Position numbers and translations under genes: made by a program. This document shows positions 49,315 through 58,914 of a stretch of 64,000 bases of DNA, one piece after another. Numbering within the stretch: the first letter of the stretch is position 1; each line of letters opens with the position of its first letter. This DNA is from Thermodesulfobacteriota bacterium (GTDB lineage Bacteria; Desulfobacterota; Desulfobacteria; Desulfobacterales; SURF-7), in NCBI GenBank assembly GCA_049320885.1, contig JBMORA010000031.1, positions 32,001 through 96,000 of the forward strand. The letters are read 5' to 3'. The notes below the pieces were generated by a model. It was not told the origin of the DNA and ran no database searches. It saw nothing but the letters and a program-made list of their open reading frames with translations.

Positions 49315-49871
49315 AACTGCTGCTGCATACCTGCTGTGCCCCCTGCACCATCTATCCGCTGCGCGTGCTGCGGGAGTCGGGTGCGGACGTGATGGGTTTT
49401 TTCTATCCGCACAACATTCACCCTTACAGCGAATGCCTGAAACGCCGGGAGGCCCTCGCGGATTACGCGGCCAAGTCGGACCTGCGCGTGATCTTTCCGG
49501 AAGGCTATGACCTGGAGGATTTCATCCGCAAAATGGTCTTCCGGGAACAGGATCGCTGCCGCTTCTGCTACTACGAACGCCTGCGCGCCACGGCCCTGCT
49601 GGCCAGACAGGTCGGTTTCGATTCGTTTTCCAGCACGCTGCTCTACAGCAAATTCCAACGCCACGACCTCATCCGGGAAGCCGGGGAAGCAGTAGCCGGA
49701 GAGATCGGCGTGCGTTTTCACTATCAGGACTTCCGGGAAGGCTGGAAGGAAGGCGTGCGGGTCTCCAGGGAGATCGGGATGTACCGCCAGCAGTATTGCG
49801 GCTGCATTTACAGCGAGAAAGAGCGCTATTGCCGCCCACAGAAAAAAACCGCCGCCCCGGAAGGAATCTGA
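49311..49871 (+). CDS. queH: Epoxyqueuosine reductase QueH (DUF208)
   Basis: LLLHTCCAPC, NIHP, RCRFCY, YRQQYCGCIYS. Confidence 0.92.
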   Translation: MKLLLHTCCAPCTIYPLRVLRESGADVMGFFYPHNIHPYSECLKRREALADYAAKSDLRVIFPEGYDLEDFIRKMVFREQDRCRFCYYERLRATALLARQVGFDSFSSTLLYSKFQRHDLIREAGEAVAGEIGVRFHYQDFREGWKEGVRVSREIGMYRQQYCGCIYSEKERYCRPQKKTAAPEGI

Positions 49872-49883
49872 AGGTCCAGAATC

Positions 49884-51725
49884 ATGTTCGGCAATATTCT
49901 CTACTTCATCATTGTCCTGCTCGTCTACGCCACCTATGAACCGGCGGAAAGCGCCGATTTCCCGCCGGTGGAAGCGGTCACGGTTTTTTTTCTAACGGCG
50001 GCCTTATTCGCCCTGATGGTGAAAGCCGCTTTCGCGCGCCTCGGAAAACAGATCCGCCAGGATGGACCCGCCGGTCAGGACCAGCGGCTGGAATCCCTCA
50101 TCGCCCGGCAGTCGGTTCTCGCGCTGGTGCTGTTCGGCATCGACATCTACGGCCTGGAGCTCCCCCGCCATACGGCCCATCTGGCGGTTTTCAAGGCCTT
50201 CCCCACCCTGGAAGCCCTGCTTTTCCTGGCTGTCTTCGTCACCTATCTGGTCCTGATATGGTCCGCCGCTTTCGGCTGCTATCGCCTGCTTCAGCCGGAA
50301 GCGGCTTCCCGCCGGGAATACATCCGTTCCCATCTTTCCTTTTCCATTCCGGTTCTGATTCCCTGGTTCCTGATCTCCGGGCTCACCGATATCCTCCTGC
50401 TCCTGCCGCTGGAAACCCCCGGGAAAATACTGGGATCTGCCTGGGGCCAGGCGGGATATCTTCTGGCGCTGCTGATCCTGGTGGCCCTTTTCGGACCGGT
50501 CCTGATCCAGCGGTCCTGGGGCTGTCTCCCGCTGGAGCCCGGTTTCGCCCGGCAGCGGATTGAAGCCCTCTGCCGCAAGGCCGGAGTGGGATATGCCGAT
50601 ATCCTGATCTGGCCCCTGTTCGGCGGGCGCATGCTCACCGCCGGTGTCATGGGACTGATCAGAAGGTTCCGTTATATTCTGGTGACCCCGGCCCTGCTCC
50701 GTTTTCTCACCCACGAGGAGATCGATGCGGTCATGGCCCATGAAATCGGCCATGTCCGGAAAAAGCATCTGGTGTTTTATCTCCTGTTTTTCATCAGCCT
50801 GATGCCCACGGTCCTGCTTTCCTGCGCGCTCATCGGCCAGGCCCTTGTATTCCTGACGGTCTATTTTTTTTCCGTCGATCCGCTTACGGACCATCCCGGA
50901 ATTCAGCTGCTGCTGCAAAATCCCACCGTCCACGCCGCCATCTTCCTGGCTGTTTTCTATATCTATTTCCGCTATGTCTTCGGGTATTTCATGCGCAATT
51001 TCGAACGCCAGGCGGACATCCATGTATTCGAACTGTTGCAAAGCCCCATCCCCCTGATCACTTCCCTGGAAAAAATCGCCCTGATCAGCGGGCAGGCGCC
51101 CGACAAACCCAACTGGCATCATTTCAGCATCCGGGAACGCATCGATTACATCAGGAACTGCATCCTGGAGCCTGCCTGGATCCAACGCCACCACCGGAAA
51201 GTCCGGGCAGCCATGCTCCTGTATCTGGCCTGCATGCTCCTGGTGATCGGCGTCTTTCACCAGATGGAATACGGCGCCCCCGGGAAGAGAATCAACGCCT
51301 ATCTGACCGAAACCGTCATCACCCGCAAACTGGAAACGAATCCGGATGATCCGGAGGCGTACCGGATGCTGGGTGATCTACGCTTCATCCTGATGAAACA
51401 ATACGGGGAGGCGGTTGCGGCTTACGAAAAAGCGCTGCTGCTCGATCCGGATGCCGCCGAAACGCTCAACAACCTTGCCTGGCTTTACGCCACCTGCGAG
51501 GATGAATCCTTCCGCAACCCGGAAAGAGCCCTTTCCCTGGCCATCCGGGCGGCGGCGATCAACCCCTCCCCGCATATCCTGGATACCCTGGCGGAAAGCT
51601 ACCATCGGAATGGAATGACACGACAGGCGGTGGAAACGGAACAGGCGGCCCTGGAAAAGCTCGGAAAGCAGGATGATCGGAGCCATTATGAGGAGCAGCT
51701 GAACAAATTCAGAAAAAGCAATTAG
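49884..51725 (+). CDS. M48 family membrane zinc metalloprotease with C-terminal TPRs
   Basis: AVMAHEIGH, FERQAD, multiple TMs, LNNLAWLYAT / ILDTLAE TPR-like motifs. Confidence 0.9.
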   Translation: MFGNILYFIIVLLVYATYEPAESADFPPVEAVTVFFLTAALFALMVKAAFARLGKQIRQDGPAGQDQRLESLIARQSVLALVLFGIDIYGLELPRHTAHLAVFKAFPTLEALLFLAVFVTYLVLIWSAAFGCYRLLQPEAASRREYIRSHLSFSIPVLIPWFLISGLTDILLLLPLETPGKILGSAWGQAGYLLALLILVALFGPVLIQRSWGCLPLEPGFARQRIEALCRKAGVGYADILIWPLFGGRMLTAGVMGLIRRFRYILVTPALLRFLTHEEIDAVMAHEIGHVRKKHLVFYLLFFISLMPTVLLSCALIGQALVFLTVYFFSVDPLTDHPGIQLLLQNPTVHAAIFLAVFYIYFRYVFGYFMRNFERQADIHVFELLQSPIPLITSLEKIALISGQAPDKPNWHHFSIRERIDYIRNCILEPAWIQRHHRKVRAAMLLYLACMLLVIGVFHQMEYGAPGKRINAYLTETVITRKLETNPDDPEAYRMLGDLRFILMKQYGEAVAAYEKALLLDPDAAETLNNLAWLYATCEDESFRNPERALSLAIRAAAINPSPHILDTLAESYHRNGMTRQAVETEQAALEKLGKQDDRSHYEEQLNKFRKSN

Positions 51726-51747
51726 GAATTACGAATTATGAATTACG
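51720..51747. repeat. Degenerate heptamer tandem repeat (AATTACG family)
   Basis: AATTAGG AATTACG AATTATG AATTACG. Confidence 0.8.
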
Positions 51748-51822
51748 AATGTAAGGTATTCTGTCATAGATAAAAATCTATCGATAGCCGGTTTTTGGTG
51801 TCCGTTCAACCAATCCAACCGA

Positions 51823-54129
51823 TTACTTGATACAGACCTTCCGCACCTGCAGGAGGTCCGTGTGGCCGGCGAAAATCTTCTCGATGCCGTCCTGCTTGAG
51901 GGTGGTCATCCCTTCCTTGATGGCTTGGTCGCGGATTTCCTCCATGGGCGCGCTGCGCTGGATCAGCCGTTTAATATCATCGGTGCCCATGAGCAACTCA
52001 TGGATACCCATCCGGCCCCGGTAGCCGGTGTTGCTGCAGGCATCGCAGCCGGAGGCCTTGTACAGCATCAGGTCGTCCCCGTACTTGATTCCGAGCCTCT
52101 CGAACTCGTTCTGCCCGTATTCCCGCACCAGTTCATTGAATTCCGCCTCCTGGGGATGGTAGGCCTTCTTGCAGTTCTTGCAGAGGGTCCGCACCAGCCG
52201 CTGGGCCAGGATGGCCAGAATGGCATCGGCGAAATTGAAAGGGTCCATGCCCATATCGAGCAGACGCGTGACGCTTTCCGGGGCGCTGTTGGTGTGCAGG
52301 GTGGAAAAGACCAGGTGGCCGGTGAGGGAGGCTTCGATGCCGATATGGGTGGTTTCCTTGTCACGCATTTCACCCACCATGATGACATCCGGGTCGGCCC
52401 GGAGAAAGGCGCGCATGGCGGCGGCGAAATCAAACCCGATTTTGGGCTTGACCTGCACCTGCCGCAGGCCTTTCTGGGTGATTTCCACCGGATCCTCGGC
52501 CGTCCAGATTTTGGTTTCCGTGCGGTTGATATACCCGAGAGCCGAATGCAGGGTGGTGGTTTTTCCAGAACCGGTGGGCCCGCAGACAAAAACGATCCCG
52601 TACGGTTTGGTAATGGCGGACAGGAAATTCTCGTAATTCTTTTTGGCAAAACCCATCTTGTCCAGGGGCAGCGGCTCCCCGGCCGCCAGAATACGCATGA
52701 CCACATCTTCCACGCCGCCCTGGGTGGGCACGGTGGCGACGCGCAGCTCGATATCCAGGCCGCCGTATTTTTTGAATTTGATCTTGCCGTCCTGGGGCAG
52801 GCGCCGCTCGGCGATATCCAGGTCGGACATGATCTTGATGCGGGAAACCACCGCCGCCTTATATTGGAAGGGGATGGTCTGGTAGAGGGTGCAGGCCCCG
52901 TCCACCCGGATGCGCACCTGGGTATTGTTCTTTCCGGGATACGGTTCGATATGAATATCGGAGGCACCCCGGGCATTGGCGTCCAGGATGATCTTGTTGA
53001 CCAGCTGGACGACGGCGCTGCTCTCCTCGTCCATGGCGGAGACATCTTCCTCGATGGCGCCTTCATCTTCCTGGAGCTGGGAGATGATCTCATCGATGGA
53101 GGCCAGTTCCTTCTCGTCCTGGGTGAACAGCTTGATGAATTCCAGGATGTCGTCCGGAAAGGCGATGGTGAATTTAATTTTCTTTCCGGGAAACAGGGAT
53201 TTAATCTCACCGCTTTTCTGCAGGTCGTAGGGGTCGTCGATGGCGATCACCACCTGGCCGTCTTCGGTTTTCAGGGGGACCCAGACATTGTTCTTCATGA
53301 AGGGGACTTTCAGTCCCGCCAGGAGATCGCCAGGTATGGGATGGTTCTTGTTGAACAGAATATAGGGCACATTGTAATAACGGCTCAGGGATTCCAGAAT
53401 ATCCCGTTTCTGGATCTTGAATTCCGCGATCATCACCTCTTCGGGCGACATCCGCTTTTCCCGGGCCGTAAGCACGACCTTCTTCAATTCCTTCTGGGTC
53501 AGAATGTGATTTTCCAGCAGGTAATCGTATTTGTTCTTCCGTCCGCCCTTGGCCGTGGCCATGCGCTTCTGGTTGAACAGTCCGATGCCCATGGTTTCGG
53601 AGAGTTCCTTGACGTTCTTTTCATCCAGGGCGGTAAACGCCTTGTTGTCTTTGCGGTTGATCAGCTGAACGGCGCCGAGGAGCAGTTTCTTGAAAATAAT
53701 CGGCACCACCAGCACCTGGCGGGTCCGGAGGCCGGTGCGGTCGTCCCAGCTGCGGTCAAAATGCAATTGCGGGTCGATGTTCCGCAGTTCCTCGTCATCA
53801 TAGACATCCTTGATGTTGATCAGCTTCTGCTTGTAGGCCGCGAAACCGACGATGCTGCTGGGAGCCAGGGGGACGCGGATTTCCTGAATTTCATCACCGG
53901 TTTTGAACCGGGAAACCAGTTCCCGCTTGATGCCGTCCACGTAATAAATGGTCAGCCGCTCCGCTTCGAAAAGGGAAATGATTTCGCCCTGCAGATCAAT
54001 GATGATTTCATCCAGATTGGAAGCCGCGAAAATCTTCTTGTTCAGGGACTGGGCTTTTTGCCGGTACTCAACTTCCGATTGGAGGTCCTGAACATCGGAT
54101 GCGGGCTGATTGATTGTATTCGTCGTCAT
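51823..54129 (-). CDS. GspE/PilB family secretion ATPase with N-terminal GAF domain
   Basis: GAF (SIVGF...FDRSWDDRTG...QLINRK), ASDIHIEP, DIAERRLPQDG, GPTGSGKTTT, EDPVE, GEMRD, TGHLVFSTLHTN, two CxxC. Confidence 0.93.
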   Translation of the reverse strand: MTTNTINQPASDVQDLQSEVEYRQKAQSLNKKIFAASNLDEIIIDLQGEIISLFEAERLTIYYVDGIKRELVSRFKTGDEIQEIRVPLAPSSIVGFAAYKQKLINIKDVYDDEELRNIDPQLHFDRSWDDRTGLRTRQVLVVPIIFKKLLLGAVQLINRKDNKAFTALDEKNVKELSETMGIGLFNQKRMATAKGGRKNKYDYLLENHILTQKELKKVVLTAREKRMSPEEVMIAEFKIQKRDILESLSRYYNVPYILFNKNHPIPGDLLAGLKVPFMKNNVWVPLKTEDGQVVIAIDDPYDLQKSGEIKSLFPGKKIKFTIAFPDDILEFIKLFTQDEKELASIDEIISQLQEDEGAIEEDVSAMDEESSAVVQLVNKIILDANARGASDIHIEPYPGKNNTQVRIRVDGACTLYQTIPFQYKAAVVSRIKIMSDLDIAERRLPQDGKIKFKKYGGLDIELRVATVPTQGGVEDVVMRILAAGEPLPLDKMGFAKKNYENFLSAITKPYGIVFVCGPTGSGKTTTLHSALGYINRTETKIWTAEDPVEITQKGLRQVQVKPKIGFDFAAAMRAFLRADPDVIMVGEMRDKETTHIGIEASLTGHLVFSTLHTNSAPESVTRLLDMGMDPFNFADAILAILAQRLVRTLCKNCKKAYHPQEAEFNELVREYGQNEFERLGIKYGDDLMLYKASGCDACSNTGYRGRMGIHELLMGTDDIKRLIQRSAPMEEIRDQAIKEGMTTLKQDGIEKIFAGHTDLLQVRKVCIK

Positions 54130-54182
54130 GATCCTGTCCTCGATCCCACCAACTGAGCTTGAGCGTCCTGTATCTTCTTGCG

Positions 54183-54422
54183 CTATTGTTTTTGCTGTTC
54201 ATCCGGACGCCGCAGCTGGGCATACACCTTGCGCAGACCACCCACCATGAGAATGGCGCCCATCAGATAAAAACAAAAGCGAATAACCCCGAGAACCGAT
54301 GAAAAATAGTCGATCTCGGCGATGCGCGGCATGACCTGCGGGATACGAAAAAACACCCCCAGACCGGCCAGGGTCAGCGCAACGCCCCAGATCAGTGTCC
54401 GATTGTTTTTCTTGTCAGGCAT
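54183..54422 (-). CDS. Small two-TM hypothetical membrane protein
   Basis: Two hydrophobic segments; lies in an apparent operon between ABC-F and the PilB-like gene; start uncertain. Confidence 0.7.
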   Translation of the reverse strand: MPDKKNNRTLIWGVALTLAGLGVFFRIPQVMPRIAEIDYFSSVLGVIRFCFYLMGAILMVGGLRKVYAQLRRPDEQQKQ

Positions 54423-54523
54423 AATATTCTCGCGTTGTCGGGCGGTATGCTCCATTCTCCTGCAACCGCTTTTTATCTATAGCGTTATTTACGAATCCAT
54501 GTCAAATGAATCCCTCATGTTTT

Positions 54524-56404
54524 TCAGGTTTCCGCTTCCGTCTCCAGAACGGCGGCCTGGAGGTCCAGCTCGTTGCGTTCCTTTTCGTAGGTTTCGGTCA
54601 CCTCGGTAAGTTCCTGGAATAAACCGTCGATTCGGGACTGGCAGCGATGAATGTCCTGGGACAGGGCCACAATCCGTTTTCCGTCCCCGGCCTGGGAGGC
54701 CGCCTGCATGGCGGCGTGATGCCCGGCCAATTCCTCTTCCAGGGCGGCGATGGCGTCTTCCGTCCGGTTGATCCTGGTTTCCAGCGGTTTCAGGATCTTT
54801 GACCGCAGCGCCGTGATCTCCGAACGCCGTTTGCGGAGCTCTTTCTTGCTGAGCTTGGCACCTTCCGTATCCCGGACCTCCGCCGGCTTGCTCAAAACGG
54901 TGTCCCCCAAGGCGGCACCTGACTCCCGCCATCCGTCCTTGTCCAGAAAATCCTGGTAGGTGCCCTCGAATACAACGGCCTGCTCGTCCTGAAACACGAT
55001 CAGTCGCTTGGCCAGGGCATGCAGGAACATCTCGTTGTGAGTGACCATCACCACGGCGCCGTCGAAATTGTCCACGGCGGCCAGGAGGGAATCGCAGGAC
55101 TCCATGTCCAGGTGGTTGGTGGGTTCGTCCAACAGCAGCAGGTTCACCGGGGTCACCAGCAGTTTGCCGAGCATGACCCGGCTTTTTTCTCCGCCGGAAA
55201 TGACGGCGATTTTTTTCAGGGCTTCATCCCCAGAAAACATCATTGCGCCGCAGATGTTGCGGGCCGCCTGCCGGTCGATGTCCGGATGGGCGTACAAAAC
55301 CTCTTCCTCAACGGTCTTGTTGTCATCCAGACAATCCGTGTGGGTCTGGTCGAAAAAACCAACCTCCACGCCGGGGCTGTAAACGATATCCCCCCGGTGG
55401 GGTTTCATCTCGCCCGCCAGGAGCTTGAGCAGAGTGGTTTTCCCCTTGCCGTTCCGGCCGATGACGCCGATCCGGTCCTGGGCTTGAATGACGGTGCTCA
55501 ACCCGCTGAACAGGGGACGTCCGGGTTCGTACCCGAAGGTCAGGTCGCGAAGGGACAGCATGGTTTTCCCCTTGTACGGTTTGCTGCGGAAGGAAAACTC
55601 CAGGTTCTGAACCTTTTCCAGCTTGTCCTTCTTCTCCAGCTTGGCCAGGGTCTTGATCCGGGATTGCACCATGTTCGCGAGACGGGCCTTGGCCCGGAAC
55701 CGGCTGATGAACAGCTCCATTTCCTTGCGGCGGCGCTCGTCATTCACCCGGGTTTTTTCGTACACTTCCTCGTCCTGGGCGATCTGGCCGTAATATTTTC
55801 CGGTATCCCCGGGTATTTTCCGGATTTTCAGGCGATGGATGCCGGCGGTATGGGTCACCACCTTGTCCATGAAACTGCGGTCATGGGTCACCAGCAGCAA
55901 CTCATGGGGCCAGTTCAGCAGAAACCCCTCGATCCAGCGGATGGCTGTAATATCCAAATAGTTGGTGGGTTCGTCCAGCAGCAGCAAATCCGGCTCCGCC
56001 ACCAGGGCCTTGGCCAGATTCAGGCGCACCTGGTAGCCGCCGGAAAACTCCTGGGGACGGCGGTTCATGTCCGCCATGGAAAAACCGAGGCCGGCCAGGA
56101 TCTTTTCCGCTTTCCAGGTGTTCTCCCGTTCGGCGGCCGGCATGTCCGCCATGCATTCGGCGATGACCGTGTCCCATTGGAAATCGAACTGCTGCTTCAC
56201 ATGTCCGATGCGATAGTGCCTGGGGATTTGGATAAGGCCCTTTTCGGGCTCCTCTTCGCCGAGCAGCAACCGCATGAAGGTGGTCTTCCCGTGACCGTTC
56301 CGTCCCACCAGACCGATGCGCTCCCTGGGATTGATGCTGAACTGGATGTCCTCCAGCAGAACCCGGCTGCCGAAGCTTTTGGTCATGTTTTCGATGCGGA
56401 CCAT
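54524..56404 (-). CDS. ABC-F family ATPase (YheS/Uup-like)
   Basis: Two ABC domains (GRNGHGKTT, FSGG, LLLDEPTNYLD; GRNGKGKTT, ISGGEK, DEPTNHLD), no TMs, C-terminal coiled coil. Confidence 0.95.
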   Translation of the reverse strand: MVRIENMTKSFGSRVLLEDIQFSINPRERIGLVGRNGHGKTTFMRLLLGEEEPEKGLIQIPRHYRIGHVKQQFDFQWDTVIAECMADMPAAERENTWKAEKILAGLGFSMADMNRRPQEFSGGYQVRLNLAKALVAEPDLLLLDEPTNYLDITAIRWIEGFLLNWPHELLLVTHDRSFMDKVVTHTAGIHRLKIRKIPGDTGKYYGQIAQDEEVYEKTRVNDERRRKEMELFISRFRAKARLANMVQSRIKTLAKLEKKDKLEKVQNLEFSFRSKPYKGKTMLSLRDLTFGYEPGRPLFSGLSTVIQAQDRIGVIGRNGKGKTTLLKLLAGEMKPHRGDIVYSPGVEVGFFDQTHTDCLDDNKTVEEEVLYAHPDIDRQAARNICGAMMFSGDEALKKIAVISGGEKSRVMLGKLLVTPVNLLLLDEPTNHLDMESCDSLLAAVDNFDGAVVMVTHNEMFLHALAKRLIVFQDEQAVVFEGTYQDFLDKDGWRESGAALGDTVLSKPAEVRDTEGAKLSKKELRKRRSEITALRSKILKPLETRINRTEDAIAALEEELAGHHAAMQAASQAGDGKRIVALSQDIHRCQSRIDGLFQELTEVTETYEKERNELDLQAAVLETEAET

Positions 56405-56436
56405 GCTTCCTTCCTTTCATCCGCGAATCCAAAACG

Positions 56437-57153
56437 TTATCGTTTGAAAAGTTCATTCTTGAAGGCGCGGAAACCTTCCCGTTCATGGGCATATGCCGCG
56501 GCCAGGGTGGTCCCGTTCCGGTATTCGATCAGATTCTGAATATCCCCCAGGATGTTCTGGTGGACCGCGCAGATGTCGGCGGCGATCTGCCTGGCCCTGG
56601 GCAGGAGCATCTCATGGGGCACCACCTCGTTCACCAGGCCCCATTGAAAGGCTTTCTGGGCGGATATGGGCTGGCAGGTGTAGGACATCTGGCGCGCGCG
56701 GCGCTGGCCGATGGCCTGCTGCAGCAACTGGGTCATTCCCCAGCCGGGATGAATGCCCACCTTGGCATGGGTGTCGGCAAAAAAGGCCTGTTCGCTGGCG
56801 ATGAGGAAATCGCAGTTCAGGGCGATCTCGAACCCGCCGGTGATGGCATATCCGTTGATCGCCCCGATGAGGGGTTTCCGGCATTCCGCAATGATGTCCG
56901 GAAGATCGCGGCCGTCATCCCGGGGATCGAACAGATTTTCCGTCACGGCGGCCTCCAGGTCGATGCCGGAGCAGAAGGATTTGCCGTTTCCGGTAAGGAT
57001 CGCGACCCGGATCTCTTCCTTGCGGCTCACGGTTTCCAGATGGTCGTACAGGCAGCACAGCAGGGCCTGGTTGATGGCATTGTGCCGTTTGGGGCGATTC
57101 AGGGTGATCAGGGCCACCTGATCGCGAACTTCGAACAGTACGGCTTGTTCCAT
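56437..57153 (-). CDS. Enoyl-CoA hydratase/isomerase family protein
   Basis: ITLNRP, FCSGIDL, AINGYAITGGFEIAL.CD, FADTHAKVG; AAGGAG RBS before ATG 57153. Confidence 0.92.
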   Translation of the reverse strand: MEQAVLFEVRDQVALITLNRPKRHNAINQALLCCLYDHLETVSRKEEIRVAILTGNGKSFCSGIDLEAAVTENLFDPRDDGRDLPDIIAECRKPLIGAINGYAITGGFEIALNCDFLIASEQAFFADTHAKVGIHPGWGMTQLLQQAIGQRRARQMSYTCQPISAQKAFQWGLVNEVVPHEMLLPRARQIAADICAVHQNILGDIQNLIEYRNGTTLAAAYAHEREGFRAFKNELFKR

Positions 57154-57514
57154 GGGGTTTCTCCTTGTTATCATTATGGGTGATGCCATGCATGCGCACC
57201 TTTCCGGCGCGGAGCGGATACGGTCAATCACCGCCGAATCATACCCGATACAATTTGAAAAACAACCGCAAAATAGATCCTGTTCCCCATGGCAAACGGA
57301 ATGCCCAACCGCCCATTTTTTTTTGCTTTTCCCTGCGGCTCTGCGTGAAGACAATTCTTTCACGCCATTGCGGGACAACCCCCGCAGGCGTTTGAGTTAT
57401 CCCGCAGAGACGCCGGGACGAAGCGAAAAAACACGGCCATACGATATCATGGTGCCACAGTTCCGGCTGTATCGAATGTATAAGCGATGGCCCTGAACGG
57501 ACACCGGACACGGC

Positions 57515-57543
57515 TTGACACCGGCGACATATCCTGCCATAAT
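57515..57543 (+). promoter_or_regulatory. Putative sigma70 promoter for the XRE-por operon
   Basis: TTGACA-17 nt-CATAAT. Confidence 0.65.
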
Positions 57544-57612
57544 GTCATCATATTTCGTTTCCTTCAGCGACCCATAACCCATTCATCCGTCACCGAATTC
57601 ATACCTGCCGAA

Positions 57613-57627
57613 AGGCACATTTGTTGC
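57613..57627 (+). promoter_or_regulatory. Possible sigma54 -24/-12 element
   Basis: AGGCACATTTGTTGC: GG-N10-GC with GGCAC and TTGC. Confidence 0.4.
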
Positions 57628-57715
57628 CCGTTCTGGCAGGCTGGCTGACGGAAGTTCCGGTTTTCCCGCAACCAAACGAACGGAAAGCAAGCGGGATGTG
57701 ATCAGAGGAGGTCCC

Positions 57716-58315
57716 ATGACCGAGCCGACAACAGCGGGTCCGGCTGTCAACGCCTTTAAAATCGGAGATAAAATCAAGGAGCTGCGGGGGAAACACCGCT
57801 ATACCATCCAGGACATGAGCGCCAAAACCGGCCTGTCCCAGGAGGAATTGACCCGGATCGAAAACAACGAGATCGTGCCCCCGGTGGCGACCCTCCTCAC
57901 CCTGGCCACAGCCCTGCAGGTGGGCATGGTCTATTTTTTTCAGGAAACGGCCGGCAGCGGCAAGATCGCCGTGACCCGGAAAAACGAGCGGGTCCGCATC
58001 GAAAGACGGCCCCATCACCAGAAAGGGGAAGTCAATTACATTTACGAAACCCTGGAAGCCAAAAAAACCAACAAGCACATGGAACCCTTCCTGGTGGAGT
58101 TCCCCAGACTGGATACCGCCGACATGATTTTCGTCAGCCACAAGGGGGAGGAATTCCTGCATGTGCTGGAAGGCCGGCTGGAGTTCCGCAGCGTGGATCA
58201 GGTGCACGTGCTCGAACCCGGAGACAGCATCTATTTCGAGTCCGACATCGCCCACAGTTTCCGCTGCCTCAGCGATCAGACGGCCCGGGCCATCGTGGTG
58301 GTGTTTCATATGTAA
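57716..58315 (+). CDS. XRE HTH + cupin transcriptional regulator
   Basis: IGDKIKELR HTH, MEPFLVEF, HKGEEF, GDSIYFESDIAH; GGAGG RBS before ATG. Confidence 0.92.
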   Translation: MTEPTTAGPAVNAFKIGDKIKELRGKHRYTIQDMSAKTGLSQEELTRIENNEIVPPVATLLTLATALQVGMVYFFQETAGSGKIAVTRKNERVRIERRPHHQKGEVNYIYETLEAKKTNKHMEPFLVEFPRLDTADMIFVSHKGEEFLHVLEGRLEFRSVDQVHVLEPGDSIYFESDIAHSFRCLSDQTARAIVVVFHM

Positions 58316-58319
58316 CTGC

Positions 58320-58347
58320 AATTACGAATTGGGAATTACGAATTCGA
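58320..58347. repeat. Degenerate heptamer tandem repeat (AATTACG family)
   Basis: AATTACG AATTGGG AATTACG AATTCGA immediately before the porC ATG. Confidence 0.75.
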
Positions 58348-58914
58348 ATGATCGAAATCCGTTTCCATGGACGCGGCGGTCAAGGCACGGTGGTGGCCAC
58401 CATCCTGCTCGCCAAGGCCTTCTTCAAGGCCGATTATCAGGTGCAGAGCTTTCCCCTTTTCGGCGTGGAGCGAAGGGGCGCGCCGGTGGAGGCCTATTTG
58501 CGCCTGGACAGGGAAGAAATCCTGATCCGCACCAATGTATATCGGCCCGATCATGTGGTGGTCATGGACCGGTCCCTCCTGCACTCCGTCGATGTCACCC
58601 GGGGCCTGAAAAAAGGCGGCTGGATTCTCATCAACACACCGGATCCCCCTGAGCCGGATTCCGCCTTCGCGCCGTTCCGGACCGCTTGGATCGACGCCAC
58701 CCGCATCGCCCGGGACAACGGTCTGGGAACCAGGACCCATCCCATCCTGAACACCGCCATGATGGGGGCCTTTGCGCGGCTCCTGGGCATGCCGCCCATG
58801 GAAGCCGTGGTCGGAGCCATACGGGAGGAAATTCCGGATCAGGTTGAACCGAATATCCAGGCAGCCCGGGACGCCTTTGCGGCTGTCAAAACACCGGGCC
58901 CGGCAAGAGAATGA
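58348..58914 (+). CDS. porC: 2-oxoacid:ferredoxin oxidoreductase gamma subunit
   Basis: EIRFHGRGGQG, FGVERRGAPV, DAT.IA, NTAMMGA. Confidence 0.93.
   Translation: MIEIRFHGRGGQGTVVATILLAKAFFKADYQVQSFPLFGVERRGAPVEAYLRLDREEILIRTNVYRPDHVVVMDRSLLHSVDVTRGLKKGGWILINTPDPPEPDSAFAPFRTAWIDATRIARDNGLGTRTHPILNTAMMGAFARLLGMPPMEAVVGAIREEIPDQVEPNIQAARDAFAAVKTPGPARE

Noticed and set aside
51862..56539. 764-aa and 506-aa plus-strand ORFs
   Set aside because: Antisense shadows of the PilB-like and ABC-F genes.
57325..57430. REP-like hairpin GCGTGAA...TTCACGC and CTGCGGCTCTGCG motif
   Set aside because: Single degenerate copy in the window; insufficient support.
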